From positions 2,960,087 to 3,024,086 of the forward strand of contig NC_057753.1 of assembly GCF_004010195.1 (NCBI RefSeq): a stretch of 64,000 bases of DNA, in the 5' to 3' direction. This DNA is from Chiloscyllium plagiosum. Its lineage: Eukaryota. The notes beneath the pieces were generated by a model that worked only from the letters and a program-made list of their open reading frames with translations, was not told the DNA's origin and did not search any database. A program made the translations under genes and the position numbers. This document shows, piece after piece, positions 13,280 to 26,600 of the stretch; within the stretch, counting starts at the first letter, position 1; each line of letters opens with the position of its first letter.

Positions 13280-14363
13280 GTAATACAGTCAGTTACGGTG
13301 AAGGGAATCATGATGAGCTGTATGAATGTTTCAAGTTACAGCAGAATTTCCTTCTGTGAACGAAATGCCACCTGCCATTCGATAATGTGGTAATATCACG
13401 TCTTTCCAGGAATAGTTTTCCTCTTAAATTATCTGTAAGCATGGTACTATTATTTAACGTGAACATTTTACATTAAACTTCATAGAACATGTTTTCTTTA
13501 ATAATGGCATAATTTGGTCGCTTTAAAAGTCATCACGCTCCCTTTCCATGACGTGACTTCTGTGCATTAGCAGTTCCATCAACTCATACTTTGGATAATT
13601 TACTCTTTGGCGCTCGATGTTAATCCAATGCTATGATGTGTTTGCTGCTACTGAAACTGTGAGTCATTGAAAACGATATATCAGATAGAAGTTGCTGTTT
13701 TATTGTGATATCAGGATTGGGGTTCTGTGGCGGCATATCGCAGTATTGTCATATTGTAAAGACATGAGTACAATGTCATGAGCATTGTCCAGTTTGTTGA
13801 ACTTTCACATTGCATCAAGCGTTTTTGTTTTTCTCATTCTATTTGTGCAGCGAGTTCGAACTAGTTATGTCGTGTAAATGTCGAACCATTTAACTATTGG
13901 AACTTGCGATTTTGAAATTTGACAGTGCAGTAACAACACCACTGTGATGTATTGCTATTGGTATTCGTGGTGAGATTAATTTTCACAAACAGTTGATTCA
14001 TCCAGTAATATGAAAGACAGAGTAATTTCTGAAATTATCCAACGAATTAAAGTTATTTGACGGATGCTATTTAAAGTTGAATATTTAGTATAAAAGAAGA
14101 AAACCATTTATCATTACCAATTTCTAAGTGAAATGTATTGTCTAGAGAATTGCACTATGCAGAGTTACCACCAAGAAAATAGAACAGTACCCAGCAGACT
14201 ACAGACCTTTCGGCCCACGATGTTGTGCAGAGCATTTATCTTGAGCTACGTTTAACCAAACCTGTACACCCCTCAATTTACTGCTGTCCATGTGCTTGCC
14301 CGGCAATTGCTTGTATGTCCCTAATGTATCTGATTCTACTGCCTCCGCTGGCAGTGCATTTCA

Positions 14364-15439
14364 AGTCCAGTCCCTTGACACCTCCACCTGCCATGACCAG
14401 GCCCTCCAAGCACTCCGTTTCATCCCCTCCTGAAGTCCCCACCAGTACGCTTCCACTGACACTCTGATTCTTTTGGCTGAACTAGTCCTCACCATCAACA
14501 ATTTTTTCTTCGAATCCTCCCACTTCCTCCAGAAGAAAGAGGTAGCCATGGGCACCCGCACTGACCCCAGCTATGCCTGTCTCTTTGTCGGTGATGTAGG
14601 ACAGTCCATCTTCCGGAGTTACACTGACACCAGCCCCCTCCTTTTCTTCCGCTACATTGATGACTGCATTGGCGCCACCTCGTGCTCCCACGAGGTGGTT
14701 GAACAGTTCTTCAACTTCATCAACACGTTCCACCCCGACCTTAGACCATAAATTCACCTGGACCATCTATGACACCTCTTCCCGTTCCTGGAACTTTCCA
14801 TCTCCATCAACGAGATGGGGTCAGGGGTCTACATTGGGGACCCCAGACGCCTTCTCACAGAGCGCTTCAGAGAACATCTTCAGGACACCCGCACCAATCA
14901 GCCACACTGCCCTGTGGGCGAACATTTAAACTCCCCTTCCTACTCTTCCGAGGACATACAGGTCCTGGGCTTCCTCCACCACCACTCCCCCACCACCAAC
15001 GCATGGAGGAAGAACGCCTTATCTTCCGCCTCTGGACCCTTCAACCCCATAGAATCAATGTGGACTTCACCAGTTTCCTCATTTCCCCTTCCACACCTTA
15101 CCCCAGTTCCAACCTTCCAGTTTAGCGCCGTCCTCATGACCTAGCCCACCTGTCAACCTTCCTTCCCGCCTATCCAGTCCACCCTCCTCTCTGACCTATC
15201 ACCTTCACCCCCAGCCTTCATCCACCTATTACACTGTCAGCTACCTTCTCCCCAGCCCCACGCCCTGCCATTCATCTCTCCATCCTCGAGGCTCCCAGAC
15301 TCATTACTGATGAAGGGCTTTTGCCCGAAACGTCGATTTTCCTGCTCCTCAGATGCTGCCTGACCTGCTGTGCTTTTCCAGCACCACTTTAATCGTGACT
15401 CATATCTCAGCGTGTGCAGTGCTTGCTCACTTTCTTCTG
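14364..15439 (+). mobile_element. Penelope-like retroelement, 5'-truncated (RT + GIY-YIG + hammerhead 3' repeat)
   Basis: RT motifs LVLTINNFFF, AMGT, PSYACLF, FRYIDDC. Endonuclease YIG...TERFREHL...PVGEHLN. Flanks GTGCATTTCA (14354) and GTGCATTCCA (15440). Confidence 0.9.
15303..15338 (+). ncRNA. Minimal type I hammerhead ribozyme motif, intact core
   Basis: CTGATGA-A-GGGC-TTTT-GCCC-GAAAC-GTC at the 3' end of a Penelope element. Confidence 0.75.
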
Positions 15440-16754
15440 GTGCATTCCATATACCCACCACTGTCTGCGTAACGAACCTACCTCTGACATCTCCCCTGTA
15501 CCATTCTACAATCACCTTAAAATATGACCCCTCGTAACAACCATTTCTGCCCTGGGGAAAAGTTTCTGGCTATCTACTCTATGTATGCCTCTCATGACCT
15601 TGTGCACCTCTATCAAGACACCTCTCCTTCTTCTCTCCAGTGTGAAAAGCCCGAGCTAACACAGCCTCTCTTCATAAGACAAGCCCTCCAATCCAGACAG
15701 CATCCTTGTAAATGTCCTTTGTACACTCTCTGTTGCATCGACATCCTTCCTGTAAGGAAGTGATCAGAACTGTACACAATATTCCAGATGTGCTCTAACC
15801 AGAGTTTAATAGAGCTACAGCAAAATCTCGCAGCTCTTCAACTTAATCCCTCTGTTAATGAAAGCCAAAACACCATACGCCTTCATAACAACCCTATCAA
15901 CTTGGACCACAACTTTGAGTGATCTGTGCATGTGAACCTCAAGATCCCGTAGTTCCTCCACACTGCCAAGAATCCAGTCTTTAACTCCGTATTCAGCATT
16001 CAAATTCGGCTTTCCAAAATGAATCACATCTGCAACTTCTCAGATCAGCTCTGTATCCTGTCAATGTCTTGTACCGTGCAACAGCCCTCGACACTACCTA
16101 CAACACCTCCGACCTTTGTGTCATCGGCAAACTTACTAAACCAACCCTCCACTTCTTCATCCAAGTTTCTGCTCTCAATCCTTGATGTTCACAAGACAAT
16201 GTTCATTTTGAACTGCTTCAAACGTGTTAACGATCACTGTTGGGTCTCATTACATGGTTGGATCTTACTTTCAATGATGTTATTCTGAACAGAAAGAAAT
16301 AAGCTTATAGTCAAAGCAGAAGTTTCCAATCCAAGGTGGTGACTCACATTTGTGATGCTCATAATGATCCTTTGTAAAGGATAGGGAGCCAATCATGTAT
16401 TTTTCTTTGTAATCCTACTCCCTGTCTCTCTTACATCTATACATACACACGTTTTGACTTCTCCCCACGCATCTCCCTCACGCTCACTTGCTGACAATGT
16501 TGTGATTGTGTCTACGCCACTACCCTTTCATGGAGTTATCTTCCTCCACATCAATTATCATTGACTATTCCACAGAGATTTCTGCTGTCACAGATTATAT
16601 ATTTCATTCCTTTGTGTCCAGGATGATATCCTCGATGTTGTGTGTCCAGCAAAATTTCCGAATGAACTGGGTATCTGAGGCAAAAGTCCTTGATTAAGCA
16701 TCCAATGTTTATCTAGGTTCATTGTCATTGCTCACAGTTCTGATCAGTAACGAG

Positions 16755-17790
16755 GAGTCATCGAGTCACACAACATGCCAACTGCATCTTAATACTAACT
16801 CATCTGCACCAACAGTTCTCCCATCCTGACAGTCCAATTTGACAACAGTTGGTCCATATCCCTCTAAACTCTTCTTACTCATATAACCGTCCATCTATCT
16901 TTTACATGTCAGAATTGCACCTTCCTCCACCACTTCCTCTGGCAACTCCTTTCATACATGGAGGATCATCTGCATGAAAGAGTCGCACCTCAGTTCCTTT
17001 TCAAATCAATACCCTCTCACCTTAAGCGCACGCCCTCTAGATTTGGACTTCCCCCACTATAGTAAATTAACTATTCACCCTATCCATGCCCCTCGCGATT
17101 TTATAAAGATCCAGAAGATCACCCCTCAGCCTCCAATGCTTCAAGGGAAAAAGGTTCCATCCTTTTCAGCATCACTGTATTACTCAAATTTTACAGTCCC
17201 AGAAATATCTTGCAAAACTTTCCTTCACCCTCTCAAGTTTAACGTCATCCTTCCTATAGAAGGCCGTACACATTTCAAACAGTCTTCTTAAAATAGCCTC
17301 ATCAATGCCGTGTACAGCCGCCACATGTCGTCTCAGCTCCTATACTGAATGTATTGACCAATGAAGGCAAGCATGCCACATAACTCCTTCACTATCCTGT
17401 CCACCTGCGACTTCATAATGCCCATTATAATTTTGTAAATCTCTATAAGGTCACCCCTCAGCCTCCGACGCTCCAGGGAAAACAGCCCCAGCCTGTTCAG
17501 CCTCTCCCTGTCGCTCAGATCCTCCAACCCTGGCAACAACCTTGTAAATCTTTTCTGAACCCTTCCAAGTTTCACAACATCTTTCCGATAGGAAGGAGAC
17601 CAGAACTGCATGCAATATTCCAACAGTGACATAACCAATGTCCTGTACAGACGCAACATGACATCCCAACTCCTGTACTGAATACTCTGACCAATAAAGG
17701 AAAGCATACCAAATGCCTTCTTCACTATCCTATCTACCTGCGACTCCACTTTCAAGCAGCTATGAAACTGCACTCCAAGGTCTCTTTGTC
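16755..17790 (-). mobile_element. Two nested or tandem CR1 3' fragments
   Basis: ORF 17333..17962 has VESQVDRIVKKAFGML...QFWSPSYRKD, then restarts at KSQVDRIVK. Confidence 0.85.
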
Positions 17791-17824
17791 TCCTGATTCC
17801 TGATGAAGACGAGATTTTCCTGAC

Positions 17825-18115
17825 CAAGGACTCAGTGGTTAGCACGGCCATCTCACAGTGCCAGGACCATGGGTTCGATACCACCCTCTGCAGACTGTTT
17901 TCATGGAATTCACGTGTTCTCCCCATGTCTGCGTGGGTTTCCTCTGCGTGCCCCAATTTCATCCCATAGTCCCGGGGATGAATGGAATTGGCAGATTAGA
18001 CATCGGAAATGCTGATTTCCAGGGGGAGGACAGTGGGTTGATCCTAATAGGATTCTATGTGGAAGATTACTATGAAATGGAATGTGGCGATATGGCCTGC
18101 TACAACATTGCAGAT
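17825..18115 (+). mobile_element. HE1-type V-SINE, preceded by a deleted hammerhead-element remnant (17795-17825)
   Basis: CTCAGTGGTTAGCAC box A, GGGTTCGATACC box B, V-domain TTCTCCCCATGTCTGCGTGGGTTTCCTC. Confidence 0.82.
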
Positions 18116-18936
18116 TATCTGACTCAAATTGAGTGCACAATTTTCCAAAATGTAATAAAAGACCCAAATTTTAAAATGAGATGGTATGTTCTTGCATTAG
18201 CGGTGTATTGAACATATTTGTTTTGTTTCCTCACTTTCTTTGTCTTGCATTATTGTTTTGTAAATGCACTATTTTCTCTCATGTTCAGATCCATTGTCTT
18301 CTTGAAGATTTTGCCTTGATTAGATGTAAGTTAATTTGTTATTGTCACATGTACCTAGGTGCAGTGAAATGCTTTGTTTCACATGCACTTTAGACATATT
18401 GTAATGCAAAGTGCATCAGGGTAATAAGACAGAGTGAAGAATAGAATGCTATGGCTACAGAGAATGTGCATAAAAACTAAGATCAATATTACATTTAAAA
18501 TTTGTGAGGCCTGTCCAAAAGTCTAATAACAGTGGGGAAGATATTGTTCTTGAATATGTTGTTACGTATGTTTAAGCTTTTGTATCTGTTGTGCGACGGA
18601 AAACATTAGAAAAGATTACAACCGCGTTGAGTAGGGGCTTTGATTTGATGTTATAACGGTTATTTCGGCCGGTTTTCAACGCACCATTGATCTTTGTTAG
18701 GTTTAATTATATTGGAGTATCATTGTTTCATCTCAATGGTTATTATAAACAGAGAAAAAAGGAGTGTATAGCAAAAGGGGAACTTCAGTCGTGAACCTCA
18801 GTCAGATCCAGCAAAAGGTAAACTTCATTTCTCAGAGCCAATCAAGTGTTTTATTTCTGCATTCGTTCCATCCCTCTCATGCATAAACATTGAGCTTAAT
18901 TTTCTCAATACGATCTTCTCTCTGTATTTCTTACAG

Positions 18937-19844
18937 CGAATTTTGCAGTTATTGTGATTCTGTGTCGAAGCAGATGCGGTCTGTCCAGATGTATAATTTG
19001 CTACCTGGTGTCTATGGCAGTCACAGACCTCTTGCTCATTATCACCGCTGTAATATTGAACCGGATCAATGGCATTTATTTCCCATTCAGTTATTTGTCA
19101 ATCACACCAATATGCAGCCTTCGTATTGCTGTAACCTATGCTGCTATTGACAGTTCCGTCTGGTTAACGGTCGCGTTTACATTCGATCGATTTGTGGCCA
19201 TCTGTTGCTCGAAGCTGAAAGCACGGTACTGTATAAAGAAAACAGCAGCATGGGTAATAGGCACAATCTGTACATTGAGCTGTCTAAGAAATTCATTTTT
19301 GTACTTTATATTTGAACCTTTGAAATTCGTAAACAATGCTGCTTGGTTTTGTGGAATTAAATTAACATACTACACATCACCTTTCTGGATCATATTTGAT
19401 TGGTTTCATGTAATTTTGACTCCTTATTTTCCATTCATTTCGATTTTGCTGCTCAATGCTCTGACAATCAGGCACATTCTAGCCGCAAACAGAGCCCGTA
19501 GGAGGCTCCGGACAACAAAGAATGGAAAGACCCAAAATGACCCAGAGATAGAGAAGCGGAGCAAATCCATTATTTTACTCTTTGCCATCTCTGGCAGCTT
19601 CATCCTGTTATACTCATTATATTTCATGACCAAGGTTTACATACGAATTACAAACGTTTCTTATTACACAGGTTCTGATGTTAACGAGGCAACATTTAGT
19701 CTGGAGGAATTTGGATACATGCTTCAGCTTTTGAGTTCCTGTATTAACCCATTTATTTATGCAGGAACGCAGAATAAATTCAGAATGGAGTTAAAGAATG
19801 GATTTGTCTACCCATACAATTTAATTGTCAAACTATTTCATTGA
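18937..19844 (+). CDS. GPR139/GPR142-like GPCR gene A, coding exon 2 (spliced product 325 aa)
   Basis: Polypyrimidine tract plus TTACAG acceptor ending at 18936. G|CG AAT gives ...GVPANFAVIVIL, in frame with ORF 18954..19844. 7TM motifs MAVTDLL, PIC, SVWLTVAFTFDRFVAIC, WFC, LLLNALTI, NPFIY, KFR. Confidence 0.93.
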
Positions 19845-20241
19845 TGCAAAGGTAACATCAAATTCTAACTCTATGTTACATTCCACATTTTAATATTCCT
19901 ATCCAAGTCATGCGTGGTCATCAATCTCACATGCATAATTTGAAAAATTCAAAATCTTTGTTGTGAGCAATAGTTTTAATTATCCACAAGCAGTCTATTT
20001 ATGTTGTTCTCATTTATTTTCACTTTTCATCTGCATCCTGACTCAATGCTGATACAAAGCCAGGATCCCACAAAGTTTATTTCCATTGGGTAACAGACAA
20101 GCCAATCTGGTCGGCCCTTCATATTAAGGAAGAACGAGCATTTAGAAATTTAGTACAATCCTGAATGTAGATTTAGTCTTCTGTACTAGGATATACTTTG
20201 GAATGCGAAGACGATCTTCCATACCAAAATATCTCTTGTTC

Positions 20242-20247
20242 AATAAA
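20242..20247 (+). promoter_or_regulatory. Candidate polyadenylation signal of gene A
   Basis: AATAAA ~400 nt after the stop codon. Motif only. Confidence 0.3.
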
Positions 20248-20493
20248 GCCGTCCCTGAACCACAAAATTGTGCCCAAATATGGACAAACTGACGAAATGC
20301 TGGAGGGCAAACAGAAATAATAATGATATTAATTTCAAACCTCCCCTTTATATTCTCAATGAAGGGTCATCTTGAATGTTAACAAGAATGATGATCTTGG
20401 ATTCAATAAAAGTGTTCAATTGTAAATGGTAACAAATGATAATAAACTTCATGACAAGAAATAAACACGCTCGTCCAATTCATAGAATAGGTG

Positions 20494-21062
20494 TGTGACG
20501 ATGCTGCCCCTTTAACAATGTTATTTTGTCCGTTATTTTCAAAACATGCTGTTAAGGCAAATGTGCAGAAATGTTTGAGAAGAGCCTAGTTTAACGATGG
20601 CAGGGATATATTCAATTCTCCCAGCTCACGATTTATTTCCAGTTATTTGAGTTGCAACAGTGAGAAGCTGCTGAAGTCCAGACAAAGGTTTCAAGCTTCA
20701 GGAGATCTTTCCTGACTGGCTTTATCGCTGAATGTTCTCCTGCCTGTAAGAACCTGCGTCGAATTTACCATTTGCCAAGAGGTGCACTTATGGGATGTTA
20801 TAAGAATTGGAACAGCTCTTTAATTGCAATATCGAGTTGTTTAGGTTTTCAAAAATTAAATTATTCTAAATTCGGTTTCCTTTTGTTCGTGTTTTAACTG
20901 TACTATTTAAATAAATTCTCTTTTGCTCAAAGCAAAATTCTGTTCGACACTTTGCATCACGCCTGGCATATCTGTTTCACAACTGCCTTTAAAATAAGAA
21001 AAGGAAAGGGTCTAGGCGACCTTTTTGCAATGTTTTGGGTGAATCTGGCCTCGTCCGTAACA
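20494..21062 (+). mobile_element. Solo LTR downstream of gene A
   Basis: TGTGACG...CCGTAACA termini. Same family as the LTRs flanking the 54897-59513 element. Confidence 0.85.
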
Positions 21063-21359
21063 TATGAAGCTCACCAGTGGCTTTGAATTTCAATGAGAAA
21101 TTACTTGATGAAAAAACACATAGTTGACAGCAATAGGAACCAAAAGTAGATTTAGGAATTAAAAGTAGACAAGCGACTGGTTAATTAACTTGAACCTATG
21201 TGCTCTGCAAGCTTTATTGTAGGTTGAATATTCTGAATAATATTAGTGAAGTTAATATTGTACTCCATCTGTGGACAAAGGTAAAGGGGGTTTGTGTTTG
21301 CTGATTCGACAACAGCAATATGACGTCTTTCTCAAAACTCGCTAAGACTTCTTTATGAC

Positions 21360-21990
21360 GGGTAGATTGATTGATTTATTGTCACGTGTATCTAAGTACA
21401 GTCAACAGCTTTGTTTACGAGCAGTTCAGGCAGATCATAGTAAGCAAATACATGTAAATCATCGGTTGAAAAGAAAACTTGGACAGAGGCACACAGGTTA
21501 CATTATACTGGATGCATCAATATTCAACAGCGAGATACTCGAACATGTGCACGAGGCAAGGTCAACATTAGCAGAATCAGCATTATTTGAAGGTAAAGAG
21601 TTCGTTCATCAGTCTAATAACGGCAGGGAAGACGCTGTATTTGAACTTACTGTTGCATGTGTTGAAACTTCTGTATCGTCTGCCTGATGAAGAGTTTGTA
21701 GAAGACCATTACCGGTGCATGATTGTCTTTGATGACATTGGCAGCCCTTCTGAAGAAACGAGCGGTGCAAATGGAGTCCATTCATGGAAGGTTTACTGTT
21801 CACACAACTTTCTGTAGTTTGATACGGTCCTGGGCACAGCAATTGCCTTACAGACTGTTATGCATCCGGTTAGTGTGTGTTCAATGGCTCATCTGTCAAA
21901 GTTTGGGAGGGACCTTATGGACGTTGCAAGTTTCCTCAGCTATCTGGTGAATAAAAAGCTGTTTTGCTTTCTTCTTGGAATTGTTGTCAG
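21360..21990 (-). mobile_element. Rex1/Babar-like LINE 3' fragment
   Basis: (GATT)n tail at 21365. Inverted paralog of 6520-7075. Confidence 0.72.
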
Positions 21991-22699
21991 TTTCACATGT
22001 ACAGTCTCTGGCACTGAGTTTGACGAGGTCCCCATTCCTTCTTTTAGTTGTACCCAGCGTCCACTCTTGCGCCATAGAACAACTTAAAGTCTCCTCTTCT
22101 CCACATCCACCTGTGATGGCATGGATTTAATGCCTTTACTTTTATCATTTGGATCCAACATCTGTTCTTCTGTGTCGCTTCCATTTAATCCGGTGTTGCT
22201 TAATTTTGAGCAAACTAATGCTCTGTACCTGTGTTTAAAAGTGTACTGTCCTCTATACTAAATGCAGCAATATTCAACAGCGAGATACTCAACCATGTGT
22301 AACATCCATTCATGTGAACTAGGTTTATTAATCATTAAACTGAGAAGAGACAAATAAATGTATTTGGGATTATTGCCAACATCCTTCCAGACACATAGCA
22401 GTCTTGTGAAAGCTTCCAACCAAAACATCTTGCATTTATTTTCAGATTATCTTGTTCAACAGGACGTTCATTGGAGATTCGCAATAAGCCAAGTGCCCAT
22501 GTTACCAGTGTGAGCTGTCTGCTGTCTCCTGTTCCGTACATGCAAACATCTGGTAACCAAGAGAGGCAAGATCTGTTTCATGAATGCATGTTTGCAAAAT
22601 CCCTAGGTTCCACTTATTTTTGCATATTCCAAGATCATGCTTCTAGCAACAGTTTCATAGCACTGCTCGCAATTGAGAAGAATTACCGAACATTCCAGG

Positions 22700-23320
22700 C
22701 AGTGAGTACAGACGTTATAACGTTATATTGCAGTTCTACAGGACCTTGTTGAGCCCAGACTTGGACTGCAGTGCTCAGTATTGGTCAGCTTGTTATAGGA
22801 AGGATGTTACTAAAATGGAAATAATGCAGAAGAAATTTGCAAGAATGTTGCCTGGACTCAATGGTGTGAGTTATAGGGAAAGGTTGCAAGAGCTAGGACT
22901 TCCTTCATTAGAGCTTCGGAGACTGAGGGGGTTACTTATAGAGGTGCATCACATCATGAGAGGCATGCATAGGGTGAATGTCGTCCGTCTTTTCCGCGGA
23001 GTTGGGGAATCGAGGGCTACAGAGCATCAGTTTAAGGTTAGAGGAGAATGAATAAAAGGGAACCTGAGTGGCAACTGTTTTACACAGAGGTTGAAACGCA
23101 TATGGAATAACCTGCCAGCGGACGTGGCTGAGGCGGGTATATTAACAACATTTAAAAGGCATTTGGACAAATATATGGAGAGGAAAGGTTTGGAAGTATA
23201 CGGATAAAAAGCAGGGAAATGGGGTTAGCACAGACAGACATTTTAGTCGGCATCGAACAATTTGGGACAAAGAGTCTATATTTGTGCTGTAGGACTCTAT
23301 AACTCTTTGACTCTATGTAT
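22700..23320 (+). mobile_element. CR1 LINE 3' end
   Basis: ORF 22728..23051 (FYRTLLSPDLDCSAQYWS...LRRLRGLLIEV). Confidence 0.85.
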
Positions 23321-23684
23321 CTAACTGCAGTTTCCAAAATCACCTCTGTATCTGACTTACTCTAGTTTCAAATGACCTCCAATATAAAATACCTTCTCTT
23401 TATGTTATGCACAGCATCCTTCAATTGTCTCATTTCATTTCCATAAGGTTGCTATTATGCAGAGAGTTTCGGCAATGAAGTGAGTTCTTCTGAATACCAA
23501 GTATCCTCAATATGTCACAATTATAATTTCTATTTCTCCATTGCTCGACATCACTTAATTTCTCCCTCCAACACTTTAGGGGTTTGTGAATGATAAATTG
23601 CAACTCGTAAGAAGTGTGCTGAACAAAACAGAAATGGCTCGAGAAATTCAGCAGGTCTGGCACCATCTGTTTCGAGAAAGCAAG

Positions 23685-26600
23685 GAATAAAAAGAACACA
23701 TAACAGTACAGCATAGGCAAAGGTGCTCAGGGATGCCAAGACTATCCTGTTACACGGTGTCCTTCTAAACTAAACAAGATATTACCTTTCCAATAGACAT
23801 ATCCCTCGACTCGCTGCCTCCTCCTTTTTTTGTCAAGATGCCTCTCAAGAGTTTTTATTGTATTCGCCTATCCATGTCTTGGGTAACGGGTTCCAGGCAC
23901 TTAACACACTTTATATAAAATACTTGCCTCTCACATCTCCTTTGAGCAAGTTTCCTTTTACCTTAACGTGGCAATAGAGTGAGAGACATTAGAGACAGTT
24001 AAGTGACTGCTGGACAAGCACATGGACGTCAGTAAATTGAGGGGTGTGGAGGTTAGGTTGATCTTTGGTTAAGCAAAATGCTCGGCAGAACATCGTGGGC
24101 TGAAGGGCCTTTACTGTGCTGTTATGTTCTGTATTCTATGTTAAACCCATATCCCCTGCGAAATGGCATTTCTAACCTGGAAGAATGTCCCTGATAATTC
24201 ATTCGACCAATGCATCTCATAATTTGTAAGCTTCTATTAGGCCGCTCCGCATCCTTTGATGTTCAAGTGAAAAGAAACTTTTGTTCAGTCACTGCAATAG
24301 CAATAGCATCCAAACGGAACAAAGTTCTGAGAAGCCATTGTGATGCGCTCTCCAAAGCCTCCATGTCCTTCTGGTAATGTGGTGAACAACCCTGCACACA
24401 AGTTTCCAAAAGTGTCCGAACTAATGTTCGAAAGAACTGCAACATGACTTCCTAATTTTTAAGTTCTATGCTCAAACACTGAAGGCAAGAACGTCATACG
24501 TCTTGTTAACCAACCTATCAGCTCGGGTAGATGCTTTCACTGAAAGACTTGTATGCCCAGATTCCGCCGGAAATTAATGGGCCTAAGCGTTCTGCCATTT
24601 ACAGTATATTTCCCTCCTGCATTAGACTTTTCAAATTGAATCAACTCATATTTGAACTTTGAACTCCGTCTGCCATTCCTTTCCACCAGTCGCTAGCCGA
24701 TCTAATTCCTGCAATATTCTCCGACCATCTTTGTTACTGCCCACAGCTCCACCAATCTTTGTGTGGTCCGTAACCTAAATAATCAGGCCAGCTGCATCTC
24801 TTCCAAACCATCCTCATACATTACAAGCAACAGAGGTCCCTACTCATCACTGCGGAACGCCACTCATCAGAGATCTCCAGTCAGTAAACCATCCTGCCAT
24901 CTCCTATCACAGACTTGATTTGATTTGATTTATTACTGCCACATGAACCTCGGTAGAGTGAAACGTTTTCTTTAATGTGCATTGCAGGCAGATCATGCCA
25001 CACAATGATCATAGGGTGATCAAAAACAGCGAAAAAAAAAGTTGCAAACGCAATTAAGATGCACAACAGGCAAGATCAGCGTTCGGTTTGAAGTTTGAGA
25101 CGTCAATTCATAAATCTCAAATCAGCGGGGAACAAGTTGTTCTTGAACATGTTCGTAGCGTATTTAAGCTTTTGTATCTTCTATCTCATGGATGAAATTG
25201 AAAGAGGTTATACCTGGAGTGGGACGGGTCCTTATTATGTTGGCTACTTTTCCGCGATATTGAAAAGTCCAGATTGAGTCAATGGATGAAAGTTGGCTTT
25301 TCTGATAGACTGGGCTGTTAACTATGACTAAGCCAGTTTTATATTCTCCTTATTGCTTAACCCCAGATCCCTTGTGACCTCTTCTATTGTATCAGCATGC
25401 AATGAGTGATCTTGTCAAAGGCGTTGCTAAAGTCAAGGTAGAGAATATCTACCATTGTTTCCTTATCAGTCAGCTTTATAATTTCCTCGAAAGATTCATT
25501 CAGGTTTTTGAGACATGACCATCCTCGCACAAAACCATTACACATGTTACTAACCGATCAAATTCCTGTGATATTCTCCGGCCATCTTTTTCACTGTCCA
25601 CCGCTCCTACCCATAATATGTCCATATTTCTCTCAATGTAAGCAAGTACTATACTCAACAAACTTTGCCAATAATTTCCGTCACTGATTTAAGGCTCCCC
25701 AACCTGTGCTTTTCCAGATTATCCCTGTCGTCCTTCTTAAACAAAAAAACAAGTTGACTAATCTCCATTCCTTCCGAACGTCTCCTGTGACTGAAGAGGA
25801 TACAAAGATTTCGTACATGACCAAAACAATTTCCTCATCTGCCTGCCTCGACATTCTTGGACAGATTCCATTCAAGCCTTGGGATTTCGCGATATTCATG
25901 CTTTTCAATACACTCCATATCTCCTCCATGTTTCGGTTCGTGTGCCCCATAATATCAACAAATCTTCCCCCACACTTACATCCACCATATCCTTCTGCTT
26001 CATGTGTACCAATGCAAAGCATTTGGTAAGGACCTCATGCAAATCCTCCGGTTTCATGCATAAATGTCATTTGTCCTTGAGTGGACTTACCCTTTCCCTT
26101 ACATTGCTTTCACGCCTTATATATGTTTAAGAAGCCTTGATAGTGTCCCTAATCATGTTTACCAATGATATTTCATGCCCAGTTTTTATTCTCTTAATTC
26201 TTTGTTTGAGTTATTTAGAACATAGAACATATAAAAGCACAACACAGAACAGGCCCTTTGACCAGGTTGAATTCCATCTGCCATTTCTCAGCCCAGCTCT
26301 GCATTCTATACGCTGAAGCCTGCAGTAGCCCTCGATATAATCGACGACACCTCCAACCTTAGCGTCATCTGCAAATTTCCTAACCCACCCCTCAACGTCC
26401 TCATCCAAGTTATTTATAAAAAAGAGCAGAGCCCCAAGAACAGAGACCTGCGGGACTCCGTTCAACACTGACCTCCAGGCAGAATACTTTCCAGCTACAA
26501 CCACTCTATGCCTTCTGTCAGCCAGCCAATTCTGAATCCAGATTGCCAAATCTCTCTGTATCCCATACTTCCTGACTTTATAGATGAGCCTACCATGCAG

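Larger units (their letters stand above)
14170..16165 (-). mobile_element. CR1 LINE 3' portion in gene A intron, split by a Penelope insertion
   Basis: ORF 15815..16027 (HFGKPNL...VDRVVMKAYGVLAFINRGI). CR1 3' UTR on both sides of 14364-15439. Confidence 0.85.

Noticed and set aside
17830..17890. tRNA genes at 17830 and ~9140-9205
   Set aside because: These are tRNA-derived heads of HE1-type SINEs, followed by V-domain and LINE-like tail.
17333..17962. 209-aa ORF as a host gene
   Set aside because: Composite of antisense SINE and two CR1 fragments.
18954..18956. GTG starts of ORFs 18954 and 59853 as true initiation codons
   Set aside because: Both lie just downstream of splice acceptors within TM1. 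Upstream exons supply the ATG.
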